Numbered from the stretch's first letter, positions 9,248 through 19,269 are shown. The stretch is 64,000 nucleotides of DNA from Thermoleophilaceae bacterium (GCA_016929195.1 JAFGJG010000020.1:2722-66721); one strand, 5' to 3'. A program made the numbers and translations. The notes: generated from the letters alone by a model not told the origin.

Positions 9248-10513
9248 CTAGCCGAGGGGGCTGAAGACGAGTCCTGTAGGTACCTTCGGGAAGAAGTACG
9301 TCGACTTCGGGGGCATCGATTCCCCAGCCTCCGCCACCTCACGGACCTGCTCCACGGGCGTCGCCCGCATGAAGAAGCCGGCGTCGGCGCGCCCGCTCTC
9401 GACGGCCTCGATGGCGTCCTCCAGGTTCTTCGAGTAGTCGAGCCCGTGAAGGTGCGAGATGTCGTCCTCGGTCATGCCGAGGGCGCCGCGCAGCACGAGC
9501 GCCTCCAGCACCGCGGTGTCGAGCCGGCGATAGGGCTCCGGCTTCCCCTCGAGGGCGCGGTCGGCGATCGACTGGTCCTTGAGCGTGACTCGGTAGGGCT
9601 TGCGGTGGAAGCTGTCCATGTACCCGAAGGCGACCGCCGAGTCGTCGGAGGGCTCGAGCTCGCCCGCGCTGCCGAGCTCCGTGATGTCGAAGTCGCGCAT
9701 GAGCGTCTCGCGGATCGCCTGCTGCTTGGCGGTGTCGTCCTTCAGCCCGGTCAGGAGCCGGTGCGTGGGGAAGATGGTGAGCCCGGGGTCGGAGAGCGAG
9801 CAGAGCAGCATGAGCACGTAGCGGTGGTCGCCCTCCCCGCCGACCTCCTCGGCGTAGACGCGCGCGGTCTCGTAGCGGTGGTGGCCGTCGGCGATCAGGA
9901 GCTCCGAGCCGGCGAGCGCGTCCGCCAGCCCTGCGACGGCGCCCGGCTCGGCGACCCGCCAGAGCGTGTTGAGCGTGCCCTCGTGGTCGGCCGCCACCGC
10001 GAAGGGCTCGCCCTCGGCGGCTGCGGCGAGGGCTGCGCCGCCGGCGCCCCCGGGGTCCGTGAACAGCGAGAAGATCGGCGAGAGGTTGGTGCGCGTGGCG
10101 CGGGTGAGCCGCAGCCGGTCCTCCTTCGGGCCGGGGTGGGTCCGCTCGTGCGGGCGGATCCGGCCGGGCCCGTAGTCCTCCACGCGTACGCGTGCGAGGA
10201 ACCCGTTGCGGGTGAGGCTGCGGCCGTCCGGGGCCGTGTAGTCCTGGCGGAGCGCCCAGAGCGCGGGCTCGTCCTCGCGCACGAGCACTCCGCGCTCGAT
10301 CCACCCGGCCATGGTGGCCGCGGCGTGCTCGTAGGGGTCGCCGCCCCCGGCGCGGGGGAGGTCGATCTCGACGACGTTGAACGGGCTGCGCGCCACCAGC
10401 TCGGCTCGCAGCTCGTCGTCGATGACGTCGTAGGGGGGTGCGATCACGTCCTCCAGCGGGCCCGCGGCGGCGGGCTCGTACCGGAGCGTCCGGAGTGGCT
10501 TGACCTCGGCCAT
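9248..10513 (-). CDS. DUF1015 domain-containing protein
   Basis: 421 aa. N-terminus KPLRTLRYEP...VIAPPYDVI and the ADGHHRYETA motif are typical of DUF1015. Confidence 0.85.
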   Translation of the reverse strand: MAEVKPLRTLRYEPAAAGPLEDVIAPPYDVIDDELRAELVARSPFNVVEIDLPRAGGGDPYEHAAATMAGWIERGVLVREDEPALWALRQDYTAPDGRSLTRNGFLARVRVEDYGPGRIRPHERTHPGPKEDRLRLTRATRTNLSPIFSLFTDPGGAGGAALAAAAEGEPFAVAADHEGTLNTLWRVAEPGAVAGLADALAGSELLIADGHHRYETARVYAEEVGGEGDHRYVLMLLCSLSDPGLTIFPTHRLLTGLKDDTAKQQAIRETLMRDFDITELGSAGELEPSDDSAVAFGYMDSFHRKPYRVTLKDQSIADRALEGKPEPYRRLDTAVLEALVLRGALGMTEDDISHLHGLDYSKNLEDAIEAVESGRADAGFFMRATPVEQVREVAEAGESMPPKSTYFFPKVPTGLVFSPLG

Positions 10514-10634
10514 AGCCGCGGCAGGCTAGCGCGGCCCGGAGGGTTTACCGCGCGCGCCGCGCGAGGTAGGCTCGCCGCGGGAGGCGGTCAACCGGGCCGC
10601 TCTGGCCGGCGGCCCGCAGAGAGAAAGGTGGCGT

Positions 10635-11282
10635 ATGGCTACCACTCAAGGGGCGCCCGCGGCAAAGACCGCCGGCTACCGGCTCGAGGGCTCGCTGCTG
10701 GAGGTCTGCTCGTGCGAGACGCTCTGTCCCTGCTGGATCGGCGAGGACCCCGACTACGGCACCTGCCAGTCGGTCGTCGCCTATCACCTGGACAAGGGCG
10801 ACATCGGCGGAGTCGACGTGAGCGGCCTGACCCTCGTCTCGGTGGTGCACATACCGGGCAACGTGCTCGCGGGCAACTGGCGGCAGCTGGTGTTCGTGGA
10901 CCAGGACGCCAGCGACGAGCAGGCGGACGCGCTGCTCGCAGCGTTCGGCGGTGATGCCGGCGGCCCGCTCGCGGACCTCGCGCAGCTGATCGGCGAGCGC
11001 GTGGCGGTGGAGCGTGCCGAGATCAGGCACGAGATCGTCGACGGCGCGGGGACGCTCACCGTCGGGGACAAGATCCACTGCGCGATGCATCCGTACGTCG
11101 GTCCGGACGGGAGCACGACGAAGCTGCTCGACTCGATCTTCTCCACGGTGCCCGGCTCGCCGGCGTACGTGGCGAAGGCGGACAGTCAGCGGGTCGACAT
11201 CCCCGAGCACGGCTACGCCTGGTCCTACGAGGGCAAGAACGCGATCCAGTCCGACTGGAAGATCGACTACCCCGGCGAGTGA
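10635..11282 (+). CDS. DUF1326 domain-containing protein
   Basis: 215 aa. Cys cluster LEVCSCETLCPCW near the N-terminus is characteristic of DUF1326. Confidence 0.8.
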   Translation: MATTQGAPAAKTAGYRLEGSLLEVCSCETLCPCWIGEDPDYGTCQSVVAYHLDKGDIGGVDVSGLTLVSVVHIPGNVLAGNWRQLVFVDQDASDEQADALLAAFGGDAGGPLADLAQLIGERVAVERAEIRHEIVDGAGTLTVGDKIHCAMHPYVGPDGSTTKLLDSIFSTVPGSPAYVAKADSQRVDIPEHGYAWSYEGKNAIQSDWKIDYPGE

Positions 11283-12064
11283 GCTCCGGCCCACCCCAGC
11301 TCGCCGGCCGGCGGGTGTCCGCCGGGGTGCCGGCGCCGATCGTGGTCGGGATCGCCGCCGCCTGGGCCGCCTGCGCGGCGGCTCAGGCGGGAGGGGCGGC
11401 GGCGCTCGTCCACCACGACCGGCTGATCGAGGACGGCCCCGGCCCGCTGCTCGGGCTGGGGCTGTTCCTGCTCGCGTGGCAGCTGATGGTCGCGGCGATG
11501 ATGTTGCCGTCGAGCCTGCCGCTCGTCCGGTTGTTCGGCGCCGCGTCGCGCGGCGCCCCGCGGTCGGGCGCCGCCATGGCGGCCTTCCTCGGCGGCTACG
11601 CGCTGGTGTGGTCGGCCTTCGGCGCGCTCGCCTTCGGCTTCGACGTCCTGGTGCACGCCGCGGTGGGCTCGAGCCCCTGGCTGGCAGCACACGACTGGCT
11701 GATCGGCGGCTCGGTGCTCGCTCTCGCCGGCGCGTTCCAGTTCACGCAGCTCAAGGACGCCTGCCTCGAGGGGTGCCGCCATCCCGCGCAGTTCATGATC
11801 CGGTTCTACGAGCGCGGCCCCGGCGGCGGGTTCCGGCTGGGGGTGCGCCACGCGGCCTTCTGCGTCGGCTGCTGCTGGGCGCTGATGCTGGTCATGTTCG
11901 CGGCCGGGGTCGCGAGCCTGATCTGGATGGCCGCCCTCACCGCCCTGATGGTCCACGAGAAGACCCGCCCGACGGGGCGGACCGCCGTGCCGGTCACCGG
12001 GGTGGCGCTGCTGGCGCTGTCGTCGGTCGTGCTGCTGTACGGGGCCGCCGCGGGGCCGGTCTAG
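11279..12064 (+). CDS. DUF2182 family predicted metal-binding integral membrane protein
   Basis: 261 aa, multiple TM helices. GTGA overlap with the DUF1326 gene. CxxC-type motifs (KDACLEGCRHP, FCVGCCWALM). Confidence 0.75.
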   Translation: MSSGPPQLAGRRVSAGVPAPIVVGIAAAWAACAAAQAGGAAALVHHDRLIEDGPGPLLGLGLFLLAWQLMVAAMMLPSSLPLVRLFGAASRGAPRSGAAMAAFLGGYALVWSAFGALAFGFDVLVHAAVGSSPWLAAHDWLIGGSVLALAGAFQFTQLKDACLEGCRHPAQFMIRFYERGPGGGFRLGVRHAAFCVGCCWALMLVMFAAGVASLIWMAALTALMVHEKTRPTGRTAVPVTGVALLALSSVVLLYGAAAGPV

Positions 12065-12075
12065 ACTCGCGTCCA

Positions 12076-12149
12076 CGGGGCGTAGCGAAGCCTGGAATCG
12101 CGCTCGCTTTGGGGGCGAGAGATCGCCGGTTCAAATCCGGCCGCCCCGA
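12076..12149 (+). tRNA. tRNA-Pro (anticodon TGG)
   Basis: 74-nt cloverleaf folded by hand. Acceptor CGGGGCG/CGCCCCG, D stem GCGA/TCGC, anticodon arm CTCGC-TTTGGGG-GCGAG, T arm GCCGG-TTCAAAT-CCGGC, discriminator A. No encoded CCA. Confidence 0.9.
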
Positions 12150-12154
12150 CTCGC

Positions 12155-13570
12155 TTGCCGCTTGCACCCCGCTCTCGCGTGGACGACAATTGGCTCGTGC
12201 GCGGGACCGCCGGCGCCGTCACCGCTTCACTCCTGCTCGGTGGGCTCGTGCTCGCGCCGGGCGCTCTCGGCGCGTTCCCGGGCACCAACGGGCGGATCGC
12301 GTTCCAGACCACCAACGGCCTGGGCACGATGAACGCGTCAGGTGGCGATCGGCTGCCGCTGGTCAGCGGGACCGGCGTGTTCGCCACTCCCACCTGGTCG
12401 CCGGACGGCCGGCGGGTGGCCTTCGCCAGCAACCGCGACACGGCCACCTTCGAGATCTACGTGACCGGCGCGCAGGGTGGGGCGGTCACCAGGCTGACCA
12501 CCAACTCTGTCCAGGACGGCAACCCCACGTGGTCGCCGGATGGCCGGCGGATCGCGTTCGAGAGCGAACGGGCGGACGGCCGCCCCCAGATCTGGGTGAT
12601 GGATGCCGACGGCGGAGGACCCGTGCGTGTGACGACGAGCGTCGCGGAGGACCGCGCGCCGGCGTGGTCGCCGGACGGGACGCGAATCGCCTTCGCGAGA
12701 GGGCCCGATGGGAACGCGGACATCTGGTCGGTGCCCGCGAGCGGTGGGGTCGGCACGCCCCTGACGATCGATCCCGCCGACGAGACGAACCCCGACTGGG
12801 CCCCCACGGGCAACCGGATCGCCTTCCAGCGCGGCGGCACCATCGCCGTCATGGCCGCGAACGGAACTGGCCAGGCCCCGCTTCCGCTTCCGGGCGGCGG
12901 AGCCCGCCCGGCGTGGGCTCCCGACGGCAGCCGGATCCTCTTCGACCTGGCCGCGCAGATCTACGTGGCCAACGCGAACGGCACCGGGACCGTCCAGCTC
13001 ACCTCGGCCGGGAGCAGCTCGCTGATCGCCCAGGCACCGACGTGGCAGCCCGTCCCGAGGGTGAGCGGCCCCGGCGTCGTGGACCGCGACGGCGACGGCG
13101 TGCCGGCGTCCTCCGACTGCAACGACGGCGACCCGGGGATCCGTCCCGGGGCCGAGGACAAGCCCGGGGACAGGATCGATCAGGACTGCAGCGGTCGCGA
13201 TGCGCGGTGGCCGTTGCTGAAGCGAAAGGTCGGTGCTGCGCTGAGCACCAGCCGCACGGGCGGCTACACGCTCGTCGCGTCGCTGGTGGTGAAGCCGGTG
13301 CGCAAGGGGGACGTGCTGCGGCTCACGTGCAGGGGGCGCGGCTGCAGGCGCAGGGCCGTTACGGTGCGGGTCAAGAAGAGCCGGAGCAGCCTCTCACTGC
13401 TGCGCTACGTGCGCGGCGCCCGGCTCCGCAAGAAGGCCATCGTGCAGCTGCGGGTGACTCGCAGGGGCGCGCTCGGCCGCGTGACCACATGGAAGATCCG
13501 CGCCCCGAAGCGTCCGCTCGTGAGCCGCGCGTGTCTCGTTCCGGGCAAGAAGAAGCCCTCGCGCTGCTGA
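12155..13570 (+). CDS. exported TolB-like PD40 beta-propeller protein with an Asp/Cys metal-binding-type motif and a basic C-terminal domain
   Basis: Repeated PTWSPDGRRIAF / PAWSPDGTRIAF / PDWAPTGNRIAF / PAWAPDGSRILF blades. DRDGDGVPASSDCNDGDPGIRPGAEDKPGDRIDQDCSG motif. The start may be the GTG at 12197 rather than the TTG at 12155. Confidence 0.85.
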   Translation: MPLAPRSRVDDNWLVRGTAGAVTASLLLGGLVLAPGALGAFPGTNGRIAFQTTNGLGTMNASGGDRLPLVSGTGVFATPTWSPDGRRVAFASNRDTATFEIYVTGAQGGAVTRLTTNSVQDGNPTWSPDGRRIAFESERADGRPQIWVMDADGGGPVRVTTSVAEDRAPAWSPDGTRIAFARGPDGNADIWSVPASGGVGTPLTIDPADETNPDWAPTGNRIAFQRGGTIAVMAANGTGQAPLPLPGGGARPAWAPDGSRILFDLAAQIYVANANGTGTVQLTSAGSSSLIAQAPTWQPVPRVSGPGVVDRDGDGVPASSDCNDGDPGIRPGAEDKPGDRIDQDCSGRDARWPLLKRKVGAALSTSRTGGYTLVASLVVKPVRKGDVLRLTCRGRGCRRRAVTVRVKKSRSSLSLLRYVRGARLRKKAIVQLRVTRRGALGRVTTWKIRAPKRPLVSRACLVPGKKKPSRC

Positions 13571-13579
13571 CGGGCCCGG

Positions 13580-14116
13580 TCAGTCCCCCGGCAGCCAGCC
13601 CTTCCGGTACGGCGTGAACGTCGGCTCGGGGTACGGGCGGTAGGCCTCCTCCGCGGAGGTCGTCTCCTCCTCCACGCCCGCCTCGTGCTCCAGGGCGGCG
13701 TCGGAGCGCGGGTAGACGATTCCCGCATCCGGCGACCGGGCGCCGATCAGCAGCAGCGTGCAGGGCTCGTCGCCGTCGCCGACGAAGACGTGGTCGGTGC
13801 CGGGAGGGCAGTGGACGAAGTCCCACCGGCGAAGGCGCCGCTTCTGGCCCTCCACGATCAGCAGGCACTCTCCAGACAGGACCAGGAAGTTCTCCTGGTC
13901 GTCCTCGCGGTGGTACATGCAGTTGGGCTGCCCCGGCTCGAGCACCGCGATGCTCACGCCGACCTGGGGGAAGCGCACGTCGCCGGCGAACGGCGTGTAG
14001 AAGCCGAACGGGCCGTCCTCGCGCCAGCGGGCCTCGGTCGCGTTGAGCACGAACCAGCCGTCCCCGTCCGGGACGAGGCCCTCGTCGGTGCGGCGCAGCG
14101 GCGCTTGCCCGGGCAC
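13580..14116 (-). CDS. cupin domain-containing protein
   Basis: 178 aa. Cupin motifs (HREDDQENFLVLSGE ... HCPPGTDHVF). Confidence 0.8.
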   Translation of the reverse strand: MPGQAPLRRTDEGLVPDGDGWFVLNATEARWREDGPFGFYTPFAGDVRFPQVGVSIAVLEPGQPNCMYHREDDQENFLVLSGECLLIVEGQKRRLRRWDFVHCPPGTDHVFVGDGDEPCTLLLIGARSPDAGIVYPRSDAALEHEAGVEEETTSAEEAYRPYPEPTFTPYRKGWLPGD

Positions 14117-14168
14117 GGCGGCGAGGATACCCCTGGGCCGTCGCGACCCGCCTTACCCTTCGGGGGAG

Positions 14169-14242
14169 GCCCCCGTAGCTCAGCTGGATAGAGCGGCTGC
14201 CTTCTAAGCAGCGGGTCGCAGGTTCGAGTCCTGCCGGGGGCA
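14169..14242 (+). tRNA. tRNA-Arg (anticodon TCT)
   Basis: 74-nt cloverleaf. Acceptor GCCCCCG/CGGGGGC, D arm GCTC-AGCTGGATA-GAGC, anticodon arm GCTGC-CTTCTAA-GCAGC, T arm GCAGG-TTCGAGT-CCTGC, discriminator A. Confidence 0.9.
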
Positions 14243-14294
14243 CTGCAATACCGAGACCCCTGCGGCGTCGCCTGTCACGCAGGCAGGAGCGCGC

Positions 14295-14708
14295 TCAGGT
14301 GGCCGGCATCAGCCCGAGCTGGCCGAGCAGCTCGGACTGATCGAAGTACAGATGTTCCGAAGTCAGCTCGTCGCCGCGCACCTGGTAACTCGACATCCAG
14401 CGGAGGTCCACGGGCCGTCCCGTGGCCGCGACGTCCCCTGCCGGCGTGCGCATCACACCGTTGTGCGTGCCGATGAACCGGCCCTCGGCGGCGACGACGG
14501 ATCCTTCGGCGAGAAGGTGTGACAGCTCAAGCCGCCCGTCCGGAAACGCGTCCCAGAACACACCGAAGAAGCCCATGACCTCCTCGCGGCCGTGCATCGC
14601 CCCGTTCGGTGCGACGAAGTCGGCGTCGTTGCTCCACGGACTGGCGTTCACGTCCCGTGCGTTGAACGTCTCGACATGCCGTTCGACGACGCTCTTGGGA
14701 TCAGCCAT
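14295..14708 (-). CDS. SnoaL-like ester cyclase / NTF2-fold protein
   Basis: 137 aa. Typical pattern VVERHVETFNARD ... GRFIGTHNGVM ... YFDQSELLGQLGL. Confidence 0.8.
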   Translation of the reverse strand: MADPKSVVERHVETFNARDVNASPWSNDADFVAPNGAMHGREEVMGFFGVFWDAFPDGRLELSHLLAEGSVVAAEGRFIGTHNGVMRTPAGDVAATGRPVDLRWMSSYQVRGDELTSEHLYFDQSELLGQLGLMPAT

Positions 14709-15253
14709 CAGGCCATACCTCCTATCGGTTTCCGTGCGCGGATACTCGCACTCTGCGATCTGGTGGCCCTGACAGGATCCGGTAGAAGCCGCACACTAGT
14801 CTCGAGCCTCGGTTGAGGGTCCCAGCGCGTAGGGTGTGTCGAGGCCCGACCCGGAGAGTGCTGCAGGACCGTGGCCGCGAAGACAAAGACGATCACGGCG
14901 AGGGAGCTGCGGGCGCTGCTCGCGCTCCCAGGCGTGACGGCGGGCAGGTTCGTGTCCCTCTCCGTGGGCGAGGCGGTCGTGGACCTGGTCACGCCGCGAG
15001 GTCCCCGGACGATGCGCGTCGTCGATGACGGCGGTCGGCGCAGGCCTGCCGCCAGGCGCTGACCGGGCCTCCGATTCCCCGCCGAGGCGCCTGGTCGTAG
15101 ACGCCGCGCGGAGAGGGAGCTCGGGATCGTCGAACTGGTCGACACGGTGCCGCGGCGCGGCGCATCGGCTGACCGGCTGCCCGATGAGTGTTTGGACGCC
15201 AACTTCTGGGTACTTAGAGACATCTCACCATTCACGCCTCGGGCGGGGGGCCC

Positions 15254-15559
15254 ATGCCGGTCGTCATCAGATACACGACCACCATCGGAGCGGACGCGTA
15301 CGACGAGATCGCCGCTCGCATCAGGTTCCATGACGACGTGCCCGAGGGGCTGATCGTCCATTCCGCGGCGGTCACCGACGCCGGCCAGATGAGGGTCTTC
15401 GACGTGTGGCGGAATGTGGAGGCCTTTGAGCGGTTCCTCGAGACCAGGCTGGGCCCGGCGCTCGCCGACGTCGCGGGCCCGCACCAACAGGAGGCCGACG
15501 CGGTCGAGGTCTTCGAGCTCCACAGCCTCGTCCGGCAAGGCCGGCCGCTCGCCTCCTGA
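15254..15559 (+). CDS. small hypothetical protein (possible dimeric alpha/beta-barrel, ABM-like)
   Basis: 101-aa ORF with non-repetitive composition and a G-rich stretch upstream of the ATG. No diagnostic motif. Confidence 0.5.
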   Translation: MPVVIRYTTTIGADAYDEIAARIRFHDDVPEGLIVHSAAVTDAGQMRVFDVWRNVEAFERFLETRLGPALADVAGPHQQEADAVEVFELHSLVRQGRPLAS

Positions 15560-15582
15560 GGCGCAGGCGGCCGCGCCCTCGC

Positions 15583-16977
15583 TCAGTAGCCGGTGCCCGT
15601 CTTGACCCGCCTGCGGTCGATGGGGTGGAGGCCGCCCTTCTTCTCGAGCGTCTGACAGGCGTCGACGATGTCGTCCGCCAGCGTCGTGACCAGCGAGCGG
15701 CCGAGCGTGAGCTTCACGAGCGCCCGCATGATCTTCACGTGGTCCGCGTTCGGCGGGAGCGTGTAGGCCGGCACCATCCAGCCGCGCTCCGCGGCCAGCT
15801 GCGAGGCGACGTCGAACTCGTCGTAGTCGTGCTCGCCCTCGAGCTGGAAGGCCACCAGCGGGAGCTGCTCCGCGCCCTCGTCCCCGATCAGGCGGAACTC
15901 GCCGATGTCGGTGATTCGCTCGGCCAGCGCCCGGGTGTTCGCCTGCATCGTCTCCATGATGTAGCGGTAGCCGCCGTGGCCGAAGCGGACGAAGTTGTAG
16001 TACTGGGCGAGCACCATCGCCGAGCCCGTCGAGAAGTTCAGCGTGAAGGTCGCGTCCGTCTTGCCCAGGTAGTTCTCGTAGAAGACGAGGTCCTCGGGCA
16101 GGTCGCTCCGCTCCCGGAACACGAGCCAGCCGATCCCCGGGTACACGAGCCCGAACTTGTGGCCGGACACGTTGATCGAGCGCACCTGCTCGAGCCGGAA
16201 GTCCCACTCGGAGTGGGGGTAGAGGAACGGCCAGACGAACCCGCCGCTCGCCGCGTCCACGTGGAGCGGGACGTCCATGCCCTGCTCGTCCTTGAGCCGG
16301 AGCAGCAGGTCGTTGATGCCGACGATGTCGTCGGCGTGGCCCGTGAAGGTGGTGCCGAGCACGGCGGCGACGCCGATCGTGTTCTCGTCGACGTGGGGCT
16401 CCACGTCCTCCGGGCCGATCGTGTACTTGTCGGGCTGGAGCGGGATGATCCGCGGCTCGACGTCGAAGTAGCGGCAGAACTTCTCCCAGACGACGTGCAC
16501 GTCCCCGCCGAACACGAGATTGGGACGGCTCAGGTCCTTGCCGGCCTGCTCTCGGCGCCCGCGCCACTTCCACTTCAGGGACAGCGCCCCGAGCATGATC
16601 GCCTCCGAGGACCCCTGGGTGCGCGCCCCGGTGGTCTCGCCGGGGGCGTTGAAGAGATCGGCGATCATCCGGATGCAGCGCTGCTCGATCTCCGCCGTCT
16701 GCGGGTACTCGGCGTGATCGATGAAGTTGCGGTGGAGGTTCTCCGCGATGATGCGCGCCGCCTCGGGCTCCATCCAGGTGGTCACGAACGTCGCGAGGTT
16801 GCGCATCGGGATCCCGTCGAGCACCAGCTCCTCGCCGATCAGGCGCATGGCGTCCACGGAGCGCATGCCGTGTTCAGGCAGATGGTCGTCGGGGGCCCCC
16901 TCGAGGAGGAACCGGTTCCCGTAGCTCTTGGCGAGGTCGTCGAGCTCTTGGGCCAGATGCTCGTGCGACATGCTCAC
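15583..16977 (-). CDS. gadB: glutamate decarboxylase (PLP-dependent)
   Basis: PLP-lysine motif [17 protein letters not shown] and full-length similarity to the GAD family. The start is either the GTG at 16977 (GTGA overlap with the upstream stop) or the ATG at 16971. The 838-aa track ORF is an artefactual extension. Confidence 0.9.
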   Translation of the reverse strand: MSMSHEHLAQELDDLAKSYGNRFLLEGAPDDHLPEHGMRSVDAMRLIGEELVLDGIPMRNLATFVTTWMEPEAARIIAENLHRNFIDHAEYPQTAEIEQRCIRMIADLFNAPGETTGARTQGSSEAIMLGALSLKWKWRGRREQAGKDLSRPNLVFGGDVHVVWEKFCRYFDVEPRIIPLQPDKYTIGPEDVEPHVDENTIGVAAVLGTTFTGHADDIVGINDLLLRLKDEQGMDVPLHVDAASGGFVWPFLYPHSEWDFRLEQVRSINVSGHKFGLVYPGIGWLVFRERSDLPEDLVFYENYLGKTDATFTLNFSTGSAMVLAQYYNFVRFGHGGYRYIMETMQANTRALAERITDIGEFRLIGDEGAEQLPLVAFQLEGEHDYDEFDVASQLAAERGWMVPAYTLPPNADHVKIMRALVKLTLGRSLVTTLADDIVDACQTLEKKGGLHPIDRRRVKTGTGY

Positions 16978-18632
16978 ACCTCTTTCATGAATTGGTGGAC
17001 GAATGCGATGGCCATGCTGCCCTCGCCGACTGCCGCTGCAACGCGCTTCACCGGGCCGAGCCGCACGTCGCCGCAGGCGAAGATCCCCGGCACGCTCGTC
17101 TCGAGCAGGTACGGGTCGCGCTCGAGCGTCCAGTCGGCGCCCGCGCGCATCTCGGCCCCCGTCAGGACGTAGCCGCGCTCGTCGCGCGCGATCTCGGGCG
17201 GCAGCCACTCGGTCTGCGCGTCCGCCCCGATGAAGATGAACAGCCCGCCCGACTCGACCCGTGTCGCGGTGCCCGACTCGTCGATGTCGATCGCCTCGAG
17301 CGAGAGCTCTCCGTGCACCGCGGTGACCGTGGAGCCGAGGCGCGTGTGGATGTTCGCGCGCGCCGCGAGCTGGTCGATCAGGTAGCGCGACATGCTCTTC
17401 TCGAGGCGGTCCCCGCGCGAGACGATCGTGACGCTGCGGGCGTGCGTCGAGAAGAACAGCGCGGCCTGCCCGGCCGAGTTGCCCGCGCCCACGATGTGGA
17501 CGTCGAGGCCGTGTGTGTTCGGCGCCTCGCTGCGCGACGCCCCGTACGAGACGCCCTTGCCCGCCAGCCGGTCGAAGCCCTCGATCTCGAGCCGCCGCCA
17601 GGAGACGCCGCAGGCCAGGATGATGGTCTTGGCGCGGAGCACGTCCCCGCCGTCGAGGTGCAGCTGGCGCGTGGCGGCGTCGATCCTTGCGATCGAGCGG
17701 GTCACGAGGATCTCGGCGCCCAGCCGTCGCGCCTGGTTGAGGGCGCGGCTGGCGAGCTCGTCGCCGGACACGCCGGAGGGGAAGCCGAGGTAGTTCTCGA
17801 TCCGCGCGGAGGTGCCCGCCTGCCCGCCCGGCGCCTCGCGCTCGACCACGATCGTGCGCAGACCCTCCGACGCGCCGTACACGGCTGCCGCGAGCCCGGC
17901 CGGCCCGGCGCCCACGATGACCGCGTCGTACTCGGCCGCCTCGGCCTCGGTGCCGAGGCCGAGCAGCTCGGCGACGCGCCGGAGCTGCGGCCGGATCACG
18001 GTCTTCCCGTCGACGATCCGGACCGCCGGCAGGTCCGCCTCGCCCGGCAGCGGCCCGTCCCAGCTCAGCTCGGCGTCGGGCGCGGTCGGCTCGAGCCACC
18101 TGTAGCTGATCTGGTTGCGGTCGAGGAAGTGCCTCAGCTCGGCGCAGGCCGGGTCCCAGCGGTTGCCCAGCACGATCGCCCGCGGCGGCGGCGGGTCGGC
18201 CGCGATCCCCTGGAGCCCGCGCGCTCCGCCCATCCGGTGCGCGGCCAGGCGGCCGACCTCCTGCGCGACCTCGGGGACCACCGAGGCGACCGCGTGGTAG
18301 TCGGCCGGGTCGATCCGCATGACCCGCGTGGGCTCCGAGGCACGGAAGCCGACGGGGAACACGGTGCCGAGGGCGATCGGCACCTCGCCGAACACGTCGC
18401 CCGGCATCCGCTCGCCGAGGACGCGCTCGATCCCGTCGACGTGCCGCACCGGCTCGATGCGGCCCTCGAGCACCGCGAAGAGCGCTCGCTCAGCGCCCTC
18501 GTGGGCGGCGTACTCGCCGGGCACGAGCGTCACGTCCGCCGCGACGCGGGACAGCTGTTCGCACTGGGCCAGGTCGAGATCGGCGAAGAGTGTGATCCCG
18601 CCGATCTCCTCGGGGGTCACCACGCGTCGCAA
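16974..18632 (-). CDS. cyclic-nucleotide-binding domain / Grx-like linker / thioredoxin-reductase-like FAD oxidoreductase fusion
   Basis: 552 aa. cNMP domain (FGEVPIALG...FRASE). FAD motif [19 protein letters not shown](P) motif [14 protein letters not shown]-terminal GIFACGDV. The TrxR CATC redox motif is replaced by [10 protein letters not shown]. Confidence 0.9.
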   Translation of the reverse strand: MRRVVTPEEIGGITLFADLDLAQCEQLSRVAADVTLVPGEYAAHEGAERALFAVLEGRIEPVRHVDGIERVLGERMPGDVFGEVPIALGTVFPVGFRASEPTRVMRIDPADYHAVASVVPEVAQEVGRLAAHRMGGARGLQGIAADPPPPRAIVLGNRWDPACAELRHFLDRNQISYRWLEPTAPDAELSWDGPLPGEADLPAVRIVDGKTVIRPQLRRVAELLGLGTEAEAAEYDAVIVGAGPAGLAAAVYGASEGLRTIVVEREAPGGQAGTSARIENYLGFPSGVSGDELASRALNQARRLGAEILVTRSIARIDAATRQLHLDGGDVLRAKTIILACGVSWRRLEIEGFDRLAGKGVSYGASRSEAPNTHGLDVHIVGAGNSAGQAALFFSTHARSVTIVSRGDRLEKSMSRYLIDQLAARANIHTRLGSTVTAVHGELSLEAIDIDESGTATRVESGGLFIFIGADAQTEWLPPEIARDERGYVLTGAEMRAGADWTLERDPYLLETSVPGIFACGDVRLGPVKRVAAAVGEGSMAIAFVHQFMKEV

Positions 18633-18647
18633 CCTAACATTCGCGGC

Positions 18648-19265
18648 ATGGGCCTATACGGCGATCATGTGCTCCCACGTGTCGTGAACGTCGCCTGCGG
18701 CATGAAGAACACCCGGCCGCTGCGGCAGCGGGTGTGCGAGGGACTCGCGGGCGAGGTCGTGGAGATCGGCTTCGGCTCGGGCCTGAACGTGCCGCACTAT
18801 CCCGCCGCCGTGACGCGGATCGCCGCCGTGGAGCCGGCCGATACGGGCTGGAAGCTGGCCCGGAAGCGCCTGGAGGCGGCGACCGTCCCGGTGGAGCGCT
18901 CGGGCCTCGACGGGCAGTCGCTTCCGTTCGCCGACGACAGCTTCGACACCGCGCTGTCCACGTGGACGATGTGCACGATCCCGGACGTGGACCGCGCGCT
19001 GGCCGAGCTGCGCCGGGTGCTGAAGCCCGGCGGCACGCTGCGCTTCGTGGAGCACGGGCTGGCGCCCGACGAGTCGGTGCGCCGCTGGCAGCACCGCCTC
19101 GAGCCGGTGCAGAAGCGCGTCTTCGGGGGCTGCCACCTGACGCGGCGGGTCCCGGACCTGCTGAGAAGCGCCGGCTTCGAGATCGTGGAGCTCGACTCGT
19201 TCTACGAGGAGGGGGCGCCCAAGGTGGTGGGTGCGAACTCCCTCGGCGCGGCGGTGTCGCCCTAG
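18648..19265 (+). CDS. class I SAM-dependent methyltransferase
   Basis: Motif [12 protein letters not shown]. Post-I and motif II region [16 protein letters not shown] at 18648. Confidence 0.85.
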   Translation: MGLYGDHVLPRVVNVACGMKNTRPLRQRVCEGLAGEVVEIGFGSGLNVPHYPAAVTRIAAVEPADTGWKLARKRLEAATVPVERSGLDGQSLPFADDSFDTALSTWTMCTIPDVDRALAELRRVLKPGGTLRFVEHGLAPDESVRRWQHRLEPVQKRVFGGCHLTRRVPDLLRSAGFEIVELDSFYEEGAPKVVGANSLGAAVSP

Positions 19266-19269
19266 ACGG

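Noticed and set aside
6232-9342. Multiple long ORFs (6232..7707, 6271..7371, 6842..8041, 7206..9251, 7969..9342) overlapping the LuxR gene on both strands.
   Set aside because: They have extreme Arg/Pro/Gly/Ala low-complexity composition with no motifs, which is typical of off-frame translation in very GC-rich DNA. The 6288..9146 frame has complete domain logic.
11014-13617. An 867-aa plus-strand ORF.
   Set aside because: It runs straight through the tRNA-Pro gene and out of frame across three real genes, and its composition is Arg-dominated.
14871-15062. A 63-aa ORF (MAAKTKTITARELRALL...) in the 545-nt gap between the SnoaL-like gene and the 15254 ORF.
   Set aside because: It has a plausible first half but an Arg-rich tail, no RBS and no motif. 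Support is insufficient to call it a gene.
16978-18099. The N-terminal 370 aa of the 838-aa track ORF containing glutamate decarboxylase.
   Set aside because: GAD homology begins at MSHEHL. The upstream part is an R/G-rich alternative frame of the TrxR-like gene, whose own frame carries all the cofactor motifs.
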